Part shown: positions 37,301 to 48,461 of the stretch, one piece after another
Layout: every line of letters begins with the position of its first letter
Numbering within the stretch: the stretch's first letter is position 1
Source: Macrostomum lignano
Lineage: Eukaryota
NCBI GenBank assembly: GCA_002269645.1
Contig: NIVC01000339.1
Coordinates: 50,756-114,755, forward strand
DNA: 64,000 nt
Reading direction: 5' to 3'
Translations under genes and position numbers: made by a program
Notes under the pieces: model-generated
What the model was told of the DNA's origin: nothing
Seen by the model: only the letters and a program-made list of their open reading frames with translations
Databases searched by the model: none

Positions 37301-38221
37301 GTGTCGGTTGCTTGCCGTTAAGAAATGCAGAACGTCCTCCTATCACCCGATGGCTGATGGTCAGGCTGAGAGTTTCAATAAGACGTTGAAGTCAATGATC
37401 AAGTGCAGGATGAGTGAGTCGGTGGGCGAAGGAGACTGGGAGGATCTGATCCACCCGTCTCTCATGGCGTACCGTAGCAGCGTTCACAGAGGCACGGGGT
37501 ACACCCCGTACTACATGCTGTACGCCAGGGAGATGCGGCTTCCAGTGGACATCGGAACCTTGCCTGAGTCCATTCCTGCCAGTGCTCCGGCGTATGTTCA
37601 GTCATTAGGTAATAGTCTGGCTGAGGCTCATTCGCAGGTGCGGACCAACCTGCAGCAGTACCAGAGGAAACAGAAAGTGCTGTACGACTCAAGGGTGCGA
37701 GGCCCGGCCATAGAAGTGGGGATGCCGTCCTAGAATACTCGCCTGCGCTGCAGGCAGGGGAGGCAGCCAAGTTCCATTGCAATTGGAAGGGGCCGGCGAA
37801 GGTGTTAGAGAAGATATCCGATTTGAATTACCGGGTAAAGCACGCCAATAGGGGAAAGAGCAAAATAGTGCATTATAATAATTTGCGAAAAGTACCCGAG
37901 CGGCCTGAGCAGTTCAGGTTGATGAATAGGCATACGGCAGTGCAGCGCCGGTCGGCGCATCCGCCTGAGCCGGCAGGGTGCAGACAGGAGCCCGCGGGGC
38001 CGGCGACTAAAGAGCCGGAACTTGAGGAGGAGGAGGAGTTTTACTCGTATGTGGTGCCACCAGTTGCCGTTGGGCCTCGGCATGGGATAGTAGGGCCGGG
38101 AACGCCAGTTGCGCCATGCGCACCGGTGGCTCCAGCGGCGCCAGCCGTGTCTCCGCGCAGACTGCGCGAGCGTCGGGGTGTGCCCCCAGCGTATTACGGG
38201 AATCCGGTATTGTATCGTTAA
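34285..38221 (+). CDS. pol: Retrotransposon pol (protease, RT, RNase H, integrase), -1 frame to gag, interrupted by two 1-nt deletions
   Basis: Protease DSGA, RT (WASP, LCLDYR.LN, FGL.NAPATF, YFDD), RNase H (LDTDAS, TRLELLA, SDHKAL), integrase (H..GGHLG..C..C, SDIVGP, TDKGTNF, HPMADGQAESFN). Frame slips near 34449 and 37720; true end TAA at 38221. Confidence 0.9.
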
Positions 38222-38558
38222 TTCGCAGTGGGCTCACAAGGCGGTCGTCATAAATTGATTTTTAATATGCACTTGTATTAATGCCTCCACGCTGTTGTCT
38301 ATGGTAGAAAGCCTAAAATAACCTAAAATGAAAAAAATGATACAACCCCAAAGCACAAAAAAATCATAAAATGGAACGCATGGAAAGCACGTAAAAAACA
38401 TTAAATGTATTAAAATTACAAAGTATGCTAGGCAAGAAGCGTTCTCAATCGTATTGTAAAATAAACATGTCATAGGATGGGTCAGGTCAGGGTCACAGTT
38501 GCTAGTCCGCAAGGCATAGGTAGTGATTGGGTTTAAATGTCATCATTGCAGGAGGACC

Positions 38559-39575
38559 ATGTCGTCGCCAACGACACCGACTGATTTGTATGGCGTGTTA
38601 GGCGTGGGTCGGACTGCTAACTCTGCGGAGATTGAGGCAGCGTGTAGTCGTCTGTACTCAAAGCGGCCCCGCGTCTGTCCTGCCGAGGTAGAGTCTCCGG
38701 AGTCTCAGCGAGACGTGATGGCGATGTGCGTTTTATCTGACCCAGTGTTTCGGGAAGTATACGATCGGGTTGGGGAGGCAGCGTGTCAAGGGGTGTTAAA
38801 GTACGCCTACTTTTTCAATCCTCCCCCTGACGTTGAGTTGCCCGAGCAGGTCAGGTTAGCTTTGGCTAGTCTTAAGGGAAGCGCCGCAGGGGAAGCTCCA
38901 GTTCACGCGGAGATCCCAGCCGAGTTATTGGCTCCGGCTGCGCTTGCTGAGTGTAGGCGGCTGAGGGGTGCGCTGCTGGCGCGGTTGAGGGCTGGGGATA
39001 GTGAAGGAGCTTGCCTGGTGGTTCAGGAGGTGGCGAGGTTTCTTGATGGGGCTGGTGTGAGTGTGCCTGAGCAGTTGTCTAGATTCTTAGCAGTGTCTGT
39101 GTCGTTTCTGTGCAATCAGTATGGGCGGAAGAGAGGTTCTGGTGGTGGCTCCGGGAGGTGTCGGAGGGTCCCGCCTTCGGTGCTGCAGGCGGCGTTTGAG
39201 TGCGTGTTGTTGGCTGTGCGGGGTTTTGAGCTGTGTGAGTTGGGGGGTCCCTTGTTGGGGAGGCTCCGGGGTCTGTCTCTCTTAGTGGATCCTGGCCTCG
39301 CGCGGCGCCCGGAGGAGGGGAGTGACGGGCCGCACCTTTCGCAGACTCCGCTGACGGCCCAGCGCGACTTGGCGACCGAAGAGTTAACGGGTGTCGACCC
39401 CGAGCAAGTACGACCGGCCGACACGGTCCAGGAGGTCTCCCCGGTTACGACAAAAATTGAACGTGTAATTTTGGCTGCAGTGTCTGCACAGGTGACAGTG
39501 CGAACCGGCAGGGGTTTGCAATGCATAATATTTGCATATGAAATTAGTCCTGCGAAATTTCCCTCTATGGCTTGA
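38559..39575 (+). CDS. ORF3: N-terminal degenerate J-domain (no HPD) plus a helical region of unknown function, ~338 aa
   Basis: DLYGVLGVGRTANSAEIEAACSRLYSKRPR..MCVLSDPVFREVYDRVGE aligns by eye with DnaJ DYY..LGV...AS..EIK.AYR.LA..YHPD..AY.VLSD..KR..YD..GE. It is intronless, with G-rich composition like gag/pol. The C-terminal ~40 aa may be read-through into flank. Confidence 0.72.
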   Translation: MSSPTTPTDLYGVLGVGRTANSAEIEAACSRLYSKRPRVCPAEVESPESQRDVMAMCVLSDPVFREVYDRVGEAACQGVLKYAYFFNPPPDVELPEQVRLALASLKGSAAGEAPVHAEIPAELLAPAALAECRRLRGALLARLRAGDSEGACLVVQEVARFLDGAGVSVPEQLSRFLAVSVSFLCNQYGRKRGSGGGSGRCRRVPPSVLQAAFECVLLAVRGFELCELGGPLLGRLRGLSLLVDPGLARRPEEGSDGPHLSQTPLTAQRDLATEELTGVDPEQVRPADTVQEVSPVTTKIERVILAAVSAQVTVRTGRGLQCIIFAYEISPAKFPSMA

Positions 39576-39794
39576 ACTGTATCGGGGGCCGCTGGCGGCT
39601 TGGATTCTCAGCGTTCGAAGTGTCATCTTTCCTTCGATGACCATCTCCCCTCCCAATCTCGTATCGAGTAACGGGCAAAAGTTTTATAGAAATTCCTGGC
39701 ATTGTGTAGAAATTCATTTTGACTCCAAACATTCGCGTTGAGTGAACTGCAATTTGTACATGCTGATGTTGGAATAGAATTTCGTAGTTTGAAA

Positions 39795-41490
39795 CAGCCT
39801 AAGTACTGAGTGCCATTACAAATTCCCGAGTGCCATGATAAACTACTGAGTGCCATTACAAACTCCCGAGTGCCATGATAAACTACTGAGTGCCATTACA
39901 AACTCCCGAGTGCCATGATAAACTACTGAGTGCCATGATAAACTACTGAGTGCCATTATAAACTACTGAGTGCCATTACAAACTACTGAGTGCCATGATA
40001 AACTACTGAGTGCCATTACAAACTACTGAGTGCCATTATAAACTACTGAGTGCCATTAAAAACTCACGAGTGCCATGATAAACTACTGAGTGCCATGATA
40101 AACTACTGAGTGCCATTTTAAACTTCTGAGTGCCATTATAAACTACTGAGTGCCATTTTAAACTACTGAGTGCCATTTTAAACTACTGAGTGCCATTTTA
40201 AACCACTGAGTGTCATTTTAAACTACTGAGTGTCATTTTAAACTACTGAGTGCCATTTTAAACTACTGAGTGTCATTTTAAACTACTGAGTGCCATTTTA
40301 AACTACTGAGTGTCATTTTAAACTACTGAGTGCCACTTTAAACTACTGAGTGTCATTTTAACCTACTGAGTGCCATTTTAACCTACTGAGTGCCATTTTA
40401 ATCTACTGAGTGCCATTTTAACCTACTGAGTGCCAGTTTACCCACTGAGTGCCAGTTTAAACTACTGAGTGTCATTTTAAACTACTGAGTGCCATTTTAA
40501 ACTAGTGAGTGCCATTTTAAAATACTCATTTTAAATGAGTAACATTTTAACCTACTGAGTGCCAGTTTACCCACTGAGTGCCAGTTTAAACTACTGAGTG
40601 TCATTTTAAACTACTGAGTGCCATTTTAAACTAGTGAGTGCCATTTTAAAATACTGAGTGCCATTTTAACCTACTGAGTGCCATTTTAACCTACTGAGTG
40701 CCAGTTTACCCTACTGAGTGCCATTTTAACCTACTGAGTGCCATTTTAACCTACTGAGTGCCAGTTTAACCTACTGAGTGCCATTTTAACCTACTGAGTG
40801 CCATTTTGACCTACTGAGTGCCATTTTAACCTACTGAGTGCCATTTTAACGTACTGAGTGCCATTTTAACCTACTAAGTGCCAGTTTAAACTACTGAATG
40901 CCATTTTAACCTACTGAGTGCCATTTTAACCTACTGAGTGCCATTTTAACCTACTGAGTGCCAGTTTAACCTACTGAGTGCCATTTTAACCTACTGAGTG
41001 CCATTTTAACCTACTGAGTGCCATTTTAACCTACTGAGTGCCATTTTAACCTACTGAGTGCCATTTTAACCTACTGAGTGCCATTTTAACCTACTGAGTG
41101 CCATTTTAACCTACTGAGTGCCATTTTAACCTACTGAGTGCCAGTTTAACCTACTGAGTGCCATTTTAACCTGAGCACCATTATAAACTGCAGAGTTCCA
41201 TTTTTAACTAGTGAGTGCCACTTTTAAACTATTGAGTGCCATTTTATTTCTATCAAGTGCCATTTTAACCTACTGAGTGCCAATTTTAATCTAATGAGTG
41301 TTTTTTTTTCTACTGGGTGGAATTGTAAACTACTGAGTGCCATTATAAACTTCTGAGTGCCATTATAAACTTCTGAGTGCCATTATAAACTACTGAGTTG
41401 CCATTTTAAACTACTGAGTGCCATTTTAAAATACTGAGTGCCATTTTAACCTACTGAGTGCCAGTTTACCCACTGAGTGCCAGTTTAAAC
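39795..41490. repeat. 20-bp satellite (ACTACTGAGTGCCATTTTAA), ~80 copies
   Basis: Tandem array directly downstream of ORF3. Confidence 0.95.
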
Positions 41491-42039
41491 TACTGAGCAC
41501 CATTTTGAAAAAAATATTTTTGAATATATACTTTGAAAAGTCACAAATTTTGAAAATCTTTTGAAAGCCTTGAACGCCTTGAAAGCCTATAATCTATTTG
41601 GTGCATACCAATAGAAATTTCAGAACCCAAATATTTGCTGGACAGCCGAAGTTGTTAATAAAAACCCCGCCCGCGCCACCCCCATGGCCTGTGCGATGAG
41701 TCAGGGCCCAGGGCCTGCTGCAAGACGAGACAGCAGGTTAAGAGAGACTTTGTAAGCATTCGGCTCCATCGGATTTCACATCCGTTGTTTATACCCAAGA
41801 CTTCAGCTTCTCTACTCTGCGATAAGCGTGTATGTGTGGAGGTGCCAGTGTTGCAGCAGAGATATTGCTTGGAAACTTTGCTTGGCCAGTGACTAGCACA
41901 GAGATTTCTTATCTTCCATCGCTGATGGGGCCTTAGTTTATCCGGCGGCCAGGGCAGGTGAACACTTTTGGATGGGTGAAGATTGAATTGGCCACGTGCC
42001 TTCGGCCCGGGGTCGCTGCCCTCTATCGGTCTTTCTTTC

Positions 42040-42510
42040 TTTCTCTATCTCTCTCCACGGCTCCCTCTCTCCTCTCCTTCTATCTCTCCCTCTCTCTCTG
42101 CTTATCTCCCTCCTCTTACCCCTCTCTCTCCCTCCCCTTACCCCTCTCTCTCCCTCCCCTTACCCCTCTCTCTCCCTCCCCTTACCCCTCTCTCTCCCTC
42201 CCCTTACCCCTCTCTCCCTCTCCCATCCCCCTCTCTCCCTCTCCAATTCCCCTCTCTCCCTCTCCAATTTCCCTCTCTCCCTCTCCCATCCCCCTCTCTC
42301 CCTCTCCAATTCCCCTCTCTCCCTCTCCAATTTCCCTCTCTCCCTCTCCAATTCCCCTCTCTCCCTCTCCAATTCCCCTCTCTCCCTCTCCAATCCCCCC
42401 TCTCCCCCCATTCCCCTCTCTCCCTCTCCAATTCCCCTCTCTCCCTCTCCAATTTCCCTCTCTCCCTCTCCAATTCCCCTCTCTCCCTCTCCAATTCCCC
42501 TCTCTCAATT
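42040..42510. repeat. CT-rich low-complexity array
   Basis: CCCTCTCTCCCTCTCCAATT-like units. Confidence 0.9.
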
Positions 42511-42949
42511 GAATTGGCCACTAAGTATGCAGAGAATTGCATAAAATCTGTGCGTCCAACCATATTGGCTTGGCTCATTAAAATGCCTTTATGCTACTCC
42601 GTACGAGCACTGCAGTTCGTCGGACTTCCGTTGTGTAATTTGACTGATTTGACTCCGGCCGAATTCGAAAGCTTGACTTTTAAATTCTGGCTCTTTGTAC
42701 CAAGGCCTTGGCAACAGCCAGAGCAAGTCAAAGAAAGGCTTCACGCCTGGACACCAAGCTCGCATAGATCGGGTCAGCGTGTGCGCGTGTGAACGCGGTT
42801 CCGGGTAGGAAACCTGACCCTGCTGTCAAACATGAATGGCTAAAGTTACGAGTCTTGTATTGAATGAGAGTGAGTCAATTTATTTATAAACAAAATATTC
42901 TGTTGACAGTTTATATGTGACAGTCTACAGCATCTCAGGTTTGATAATC

Positions 42950-44135
42950 TGCCGATCTGCAGATGTTCCAATCTACCAATGTTCAAATCTACCGATGTTT
43001 CAATCTACCAATGTTCCAATCTACCAATGTTCCAATCTATCAATGTTCCAATCTACCGATGTTTCAATCTACCAATGTTCTAATTTACTGATGCTCCAAT
43101 CTACCGATGTTCAAATCTACCAATGTTCCAATTTACTGATGTTTCAGTCTTACGTACCGATGTCCAATCTTCCAATGTTCCAATCTACCGATGTTCCAAT
43201 CTACCGAGTTTTCAATATCTACCGGTTTTACTAACTTTTTCAGTCTGCCAATCGGCCACACAATCAGTCTGTTATAACAATCTGTGGTCAATCAATTTAC
43301 CGCACTGTCAGTCTACGCTCGTACTAATCTGCCAATCGCGTCAATCTACACCATGACAATCTACCACTCGCGTCAATCTACACCATGACAATCTACCACT
43401 CGCGTCAATCTACACCATGACAATCTACCACTCGCGTCAATCTACACCATGACAATCTACCACTCGCGTCAATCTACACCATGACAATCTACCACTCGCG
43501 TCAATCTACACCATGACAATCTACCACTCGCGTCAATCTACACCATGACAATCTACCACTCGCGTCAATCTACACCATGACAATCTACCACTCGCGTCAA
43601 TCTACACCATGACAATCTACCACTCGCGTCAATCTACACCATGACAATCTACCACTCGCGTCAATCTACACCATGACAATCTACCACTCGCGTCAATCTA
43701 CACCACGACAATCTACCACTCGCGTCAATCTACACTATGACAATCTACCACTCGCGTCAATCTACACTATGACAATCTACCACTCGCGTCAATCTACACC
43801 ATGACAATCTACCACTCGCGTCAATCTACACCATGACAATCTACCACTCGCGTCAATCTACACCATGACAATCTACCACTCGCGTCAATCTACACCATGA
43901 CAATCTACCACTCGCGTCAATCTACACCATGACAATCTACCACTCGCGTCAATCTACACCATGACAATCTACCACTCGCGTCAATCTACACCATGACAAT
44001 CTACCACTCGCGTCAATCTACACCACGACAATCTACCACTCGCGTCAATCTACACCATGACAATCTACCACTCGCGTCAATCTACACCATGACAATCTAC
44101 CACTCGCGTCAATCTACACCATGACAATCTACCAG
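42950..44135. repeat. CAATCTAC-core repeats: degenerate block, then a homogeneous 32-bp array
   Basis: 43335-44135 has the unit CGTCAATCTACACCATGACAATCTACCACTCG, about 25 copies. Confidence 0.93.
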
Positions 44136-45029
44136 ACGGGGGCAGTCAACATCATTCAACACTGGTTGAGCTTTATAATAAACGAATCTGCTCAGCATGT
44201 ACATGTACTTTTATCAATCAAGATGTGTACGACAGTCACCAACCAAATAACTTACATGCATTAATTCCAACGTGAAGCCGAGTACGGACTTACACAGAAA
44301 CGATGCCATTGACTCAAAAATCCCTCGAAATCGGACAGACAGGAGCGCGAATTCTTTAAACCGGCAGAGCGACGCGGTAGTGAGATTCAGAACAGTGCAA
44401 GTCGGCCTACTTATAACAATACGTAGCTATTGGCACCTGAATCGACCGGATGATGGAGCTGACATTCCAATGCGCTAGCTTCCTGTCACCGCGCGGCCGC
44501 TGCCACCATAAGCAACGCTGCTTGATATGGTAGCATGCGCACTCGATCCAGCTTCCTGTTGTATTTGGCTATTGCCGTCATCATTTTGTGTACGGGAAAG
44601 TTAAATTCGTTTTGGATTATTGACTTCACATGCAGATTCCTTCCGTTTCGAATAGTATGTACGCTGGCCGTACATGCTCATGTATGTGTGTACAGTACAT
44701 TGTGGTAGTGATGGTTCTACAATTCGATGCCATTGTATACACAAGTGAGAATATATATTTATGCATTGATTGATTGTTACTGCATGTATATAACGAATGA
44801 CTGTTACATGTAACGAGCATGATGTGCTGTACGTGTTCACGAGCTCGTCATGTTTTGAGTAATCTTATTAACAATACAAGCTGAATACACGCAACATGTA
44901 AATATGTGCACATATTATGCATCTTTTTGTGCCTGTGCTACAGGTGTGTGGGGTTTATGCAACAGCAACAGCTGAGAGAGCCTGGCTGTGCTGAGGTTGA
45001 CTCTGATCTACGAGTATAGCCTGAGCGTA

Positions 45030-45436
45030 GGGAGGGGGGGGCCGTAGCCCAGCGGTCTAGCGGAGGCTCTGGTGTGCCAGAGAGCCGTAGCCCAGCGGTC
45101 TAGCGCAGGCTCTGGTGTGCCAGCGACCCAGGCTCGATTCCAAGTGCAGTCACATTAATTTGGGGCTGAATTGGAATCTCGGCTTGGCTCTGCTCGTGCA
45201 ATTAACAGCCTTAAGAGCCAACACCCCAAGGCGCAGTGAAGTGTACATGCCTAACGATAATATGAAGTTAGGGCCGCTGTACACTCCTGTGTGTGTGCCT
45301 GCGTACGTATCCGCGCGCTTGTGTGCCTGCTCAGGGGAGTCGGCGGAATGGGCAGTAATGCCTCTCGCCGGTTGTGTGCCTATGTCGCTTAAAGTGCGCC
45401 AGGGTGCACACAACCCCCCTGCCTCTAATAAAAAAA
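45030..45436 (+). mobile_element. tRNA-derived SINE (~407 bp) with 13-bp TSD and duplicated A-box segment
   Basis: TSD TAGCCTGAGCGTA at 45017-45029 and 45437-45449. A-box TAGCCCAGCGG at 45045 and 45088, B-box-like GGCTCGATTCC at 45131, and an AATAAA/A-tail at 45427-45436. Confidence 0.85.
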
Positions 45437-46951
45437 TAGCCTGAGCGTATTGTTTAGGAATGTTTTTAAAAAATATTTGTGCCTGCAGGCTTGGTGGAAA
45501 AATTTAAGCTAGTAATTATAGATATTCCACTGCATGTGGAATATCTATAAAGAGAGACTTCAATTTGCTCTATTTCAAACCATGTATTTGTGAAGTTTTA
45601 AACTCAGTTACATCTTATACATTTGTTTATTTATGACTAAATGTAAGTGTCGTGAATTTGTTTGAGACAAAAATGTTTAACAAAATATAGCTTGTAGCTT
45701 GTTTATAAACTTTTTTCTGACTTTTTATAGTTTCATTCTCTCAGTCTTGGATTTATTTTAAACAATTAATAATAAAATGTCACCAATTTATTTTTTGTGA
45801 GTACGTTTCTAATTCAATTTAGCTCGCACTTTTGCAGGTTCTCGTAAATTAAATTACGAAAATTACGAGTTTATCATTAATTTTTTAAATAATAAACTGT
45901 ATGCCTACGAAAAAGATTAAAGTTATTTGAAAAAAAAATTCTTTTGAATTTGTGAAGCTGCTTTGTGGTTATGTATTTATAATCAAATTATTTACAAATT
46001 CGCATCAATCGATGTACTTTTTCAGATGTTTTCAACGCTCAAAAGTCCAATAGTTTGAACTTCGAGTTTCGCTAAATTGGCGAATTTGTGCATGCGCTTC
46101 AGTGTCTAACAAAAAGTACGTTTTTATTCGATCTGTTTTAATTATTACATAAAATAGATTTTGAAACTAGAAATATATGAACTAGCAGCTGATCATTATT
46201 TGCACATTTGGTATTTATTTGTTATACTTTTGTCAATGAAAGTAAGTCAAAACAAGTGAAGTAACGATTTTAATAGATAGCTAAATTGAATGGAATTTTT
46301 ATTTATGATGAAATATTTCTAACTTAGCTACCACCGACACAGGTGGGTAGCTAGCTCTACTTCGTGTTCAAGCTTGTTATTAATGCAATTCGATGCTAAA
46401 TACTTTACAAGTAATTCCTAAATTGCTATAAAAGGTGGCACTAATAAATCTATATTAGTGCTTTAGAAGAGACGCGTGCAAACTTATAGCTAAATAAAAT
46501 TAAACAAAAAACTATACTACTAATTAATTTCGATAGAAAATAAATGAACCAGGTGAGAAAAAGCACGTTTCTAAGAATGTTAAGGTTGAAAACTTAGAAA
46601 AAATTCAGTAAAGTATCAAAAAGATGGATGCTCATGTATACTCCTCATCAATGAGAGTTGCTCTGTTGCTGGCCTCAATGCATAAGGAGTCGAGGGTTTG
46701 TAGGATTTTATATATTTCAGATAATGGGCTACTTAGCTGATGTCCGGATGGTATTTTTGATTGAGAGTTTTCTGTCTGCCGAAGGTATCCGATTATTCCC
46801 AAAAGGGGGTATTTATCAATATTTGTTCAGGAAAAAAACTTAGGGTAAGAAGGTGAGGCAGCAGGAAAAATCTCTGAAGTAGTGTGAGACAAACAAAATT
46901 CGGATTTTTCCGTCCGAGATGGTCAATCTGTCCGGCACAACGGCTGCTAGT

Positions 46952-48461
46952 CTAGCGCGAGCCGGCCACGGTCAGCAGGCCGCCGAGGCACATCAGCGAC
47001 ATCAGTTGCAGAGTCCAGCTGGCCGGGACGGCGGTTGGCCTGGCCGAGTTGCACTCCGGTTCCCGGCAGTGGCAGTATCTCACTTTAATCTTCTTGGTGC
47101 CGACGCGCTCGATGCAGCCCTGGATGTCGTCGTTCACCAGGTTGGTGCACTGGCGACTCACGTAGACCTTGTCGCCAACTGTGAAGCAAGGATTGGGGAG
47201 TGGAAGCTGTAAATGCAGGCTAATATTAGTTGCCAGGTGAATCGATAGAGTCTATGGTGGTTCTATGATGAATTCCTAATGAGTCCGTGATAAGTCGATG
47301 GTGAGTCGATAGTGAGTTGATGGTGAGTCGATAGTGAGTCGATGGTGAGTCAATAGTAAGTCGATGGTGAGTCGATAGTGAGTTGATGGTGAGTCAATAG
47401 TGAGTTGATGGTGAGTCGATAGTGAGTTGATGGTGAGTCAATAGTGAGTTGATGGTGAGTCGATAGTGAGTTGATGGTGAGTCGATAGTGAGTTGATGGT
47501 GAGTCAATGGTGAGTTGATGTTGAGTCAATAGTGAGTTGATGGTGAGTCAATAGGGAGTCCATGAAGAATCGAGGTGTTATCTCTGAGACCCGAGTCACC
47601 GATGCGCACTCACCGGTCTGCACCATCTTGCGGCAGCCAATCGGCTTGGTGGGGTCAATGCGCGAGTCATTCACGCAGTCAACGCTGTGGCTGAACCGGT
47701 CCCAGGTGGCGCAGTGGTCCTGCCTGGTGTCGTCGCACACAATGCACCGGAAGCTCTTCTTCGGCGTTGTAGTCGGCGCTGGGGTCTCGTCAACGCGGAC
47801 CTCGGCTTGGCCGCTGACCAAAGCTGCAGGGGGTGGTTGGAGAGAAATTTTTGTAAGGTGGAAACGCATGTGCTGCCATTGTTATACGATATCGTACCTC
47901 CTCTTTTCTATCTCATCTCACCCTCTCCCTCAGTTTTTTCTTTCTCATCTCATCCTCTCCCTCATCAGTCTTTTCTATCTCATCTCACCCTCTCCCTCAT
48001 CAGTCTTTTCTATCTCATCTCACCCTCTCCCTCATCAGTCTTTTCTATCTCATCTCACCCTCTCCCTCACCAGTCTTTTCTATCTCATCTCACCCTCTCC
48101 CTCGCCAGTCTTTTCTATCTCATCTCACCCTCTCCCTCACCAGTCTTTTCTATCTCATCTCACCCTCTCCCTCGCCAGTCTATTCTCTCTCATCTCACCC
48201 TCTCCTTCAGTACTTTGCCTCTGCTCTCATCCTCTCTCTTCTTTCTTTCTCTTCTCAAATTCTCGCTCTTCTCCCGGTTTCTCAAAGCCTTTTCTCCCAA
48301 GTCTGCTCAGAGTCTCAAAGCTACGTAGTGGCAATTGAAATTGCGAATGGCTTGAGATGTGCAGCAGGCTAAATGACAATTCAAATAAGAGCCATAACAA
48401 TCTCACCGCAGAGCCAGGCGGAGCAGAAGAGGGCCAGCAGGCAAGCGTATCCGGGCTGCAT
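46952..48461 (-). CDS. Quiver/Sleepless-like Ly6 (three-finger) GPI-anchored protein, 3 exons, ~163 aa
   Basis: Exons 48461-48407, 47823-47614 and 47178-46952, phases 1/1. Signal peptide MQPGYACLLALFCSAWLCA, Cys pattern CIVC..C..C..CRK..RQC..GC..YCHC....CN, and a hydrophobic C-terminal GPI signal. Confidence 0.85.
47295..47550. repeat. 11/22-bp intronic repeat (GTGAGTCGATA/GTGAGTTGATG)
   Basis: Located in intron 2 of the Ly6 gene. Confidence 0.9.
47900..48210. repeat. 35-bp pyrimidine-rich intronic repeat
   Basis: Unit TATCTCATCTCACCCTCTCCCTCATCAGTCTTTTC, about 8 copies. Confidence 0.9.

Larger units (their letters stand above)
32555..39575 (+). mobile_element. Ty3/gypsy LTR retrotransposon (5' LTR, PBS, gag, pol, probable accessory ORF3); 3' LTR not found
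   Basis: PR-RT-RNaseH-IN domain order, gag with two CCHC knuckles, a PBS, and an LTR with TGTTG..CAACA ends. The right boundary is uncertain. Confidence 0.93.

Noticed and set aside
44590-44920. TACATG/CATGTA-rich stretch as a regulatory element
   Set aside because: A common low-complexity word in invertebrate genomes, with no further structure.
45040-45150. Functional tRNA gene
   Set aside because: No complete cloverleaf or anticodon arm; the TSD and A-tail identify it as a SINE head.
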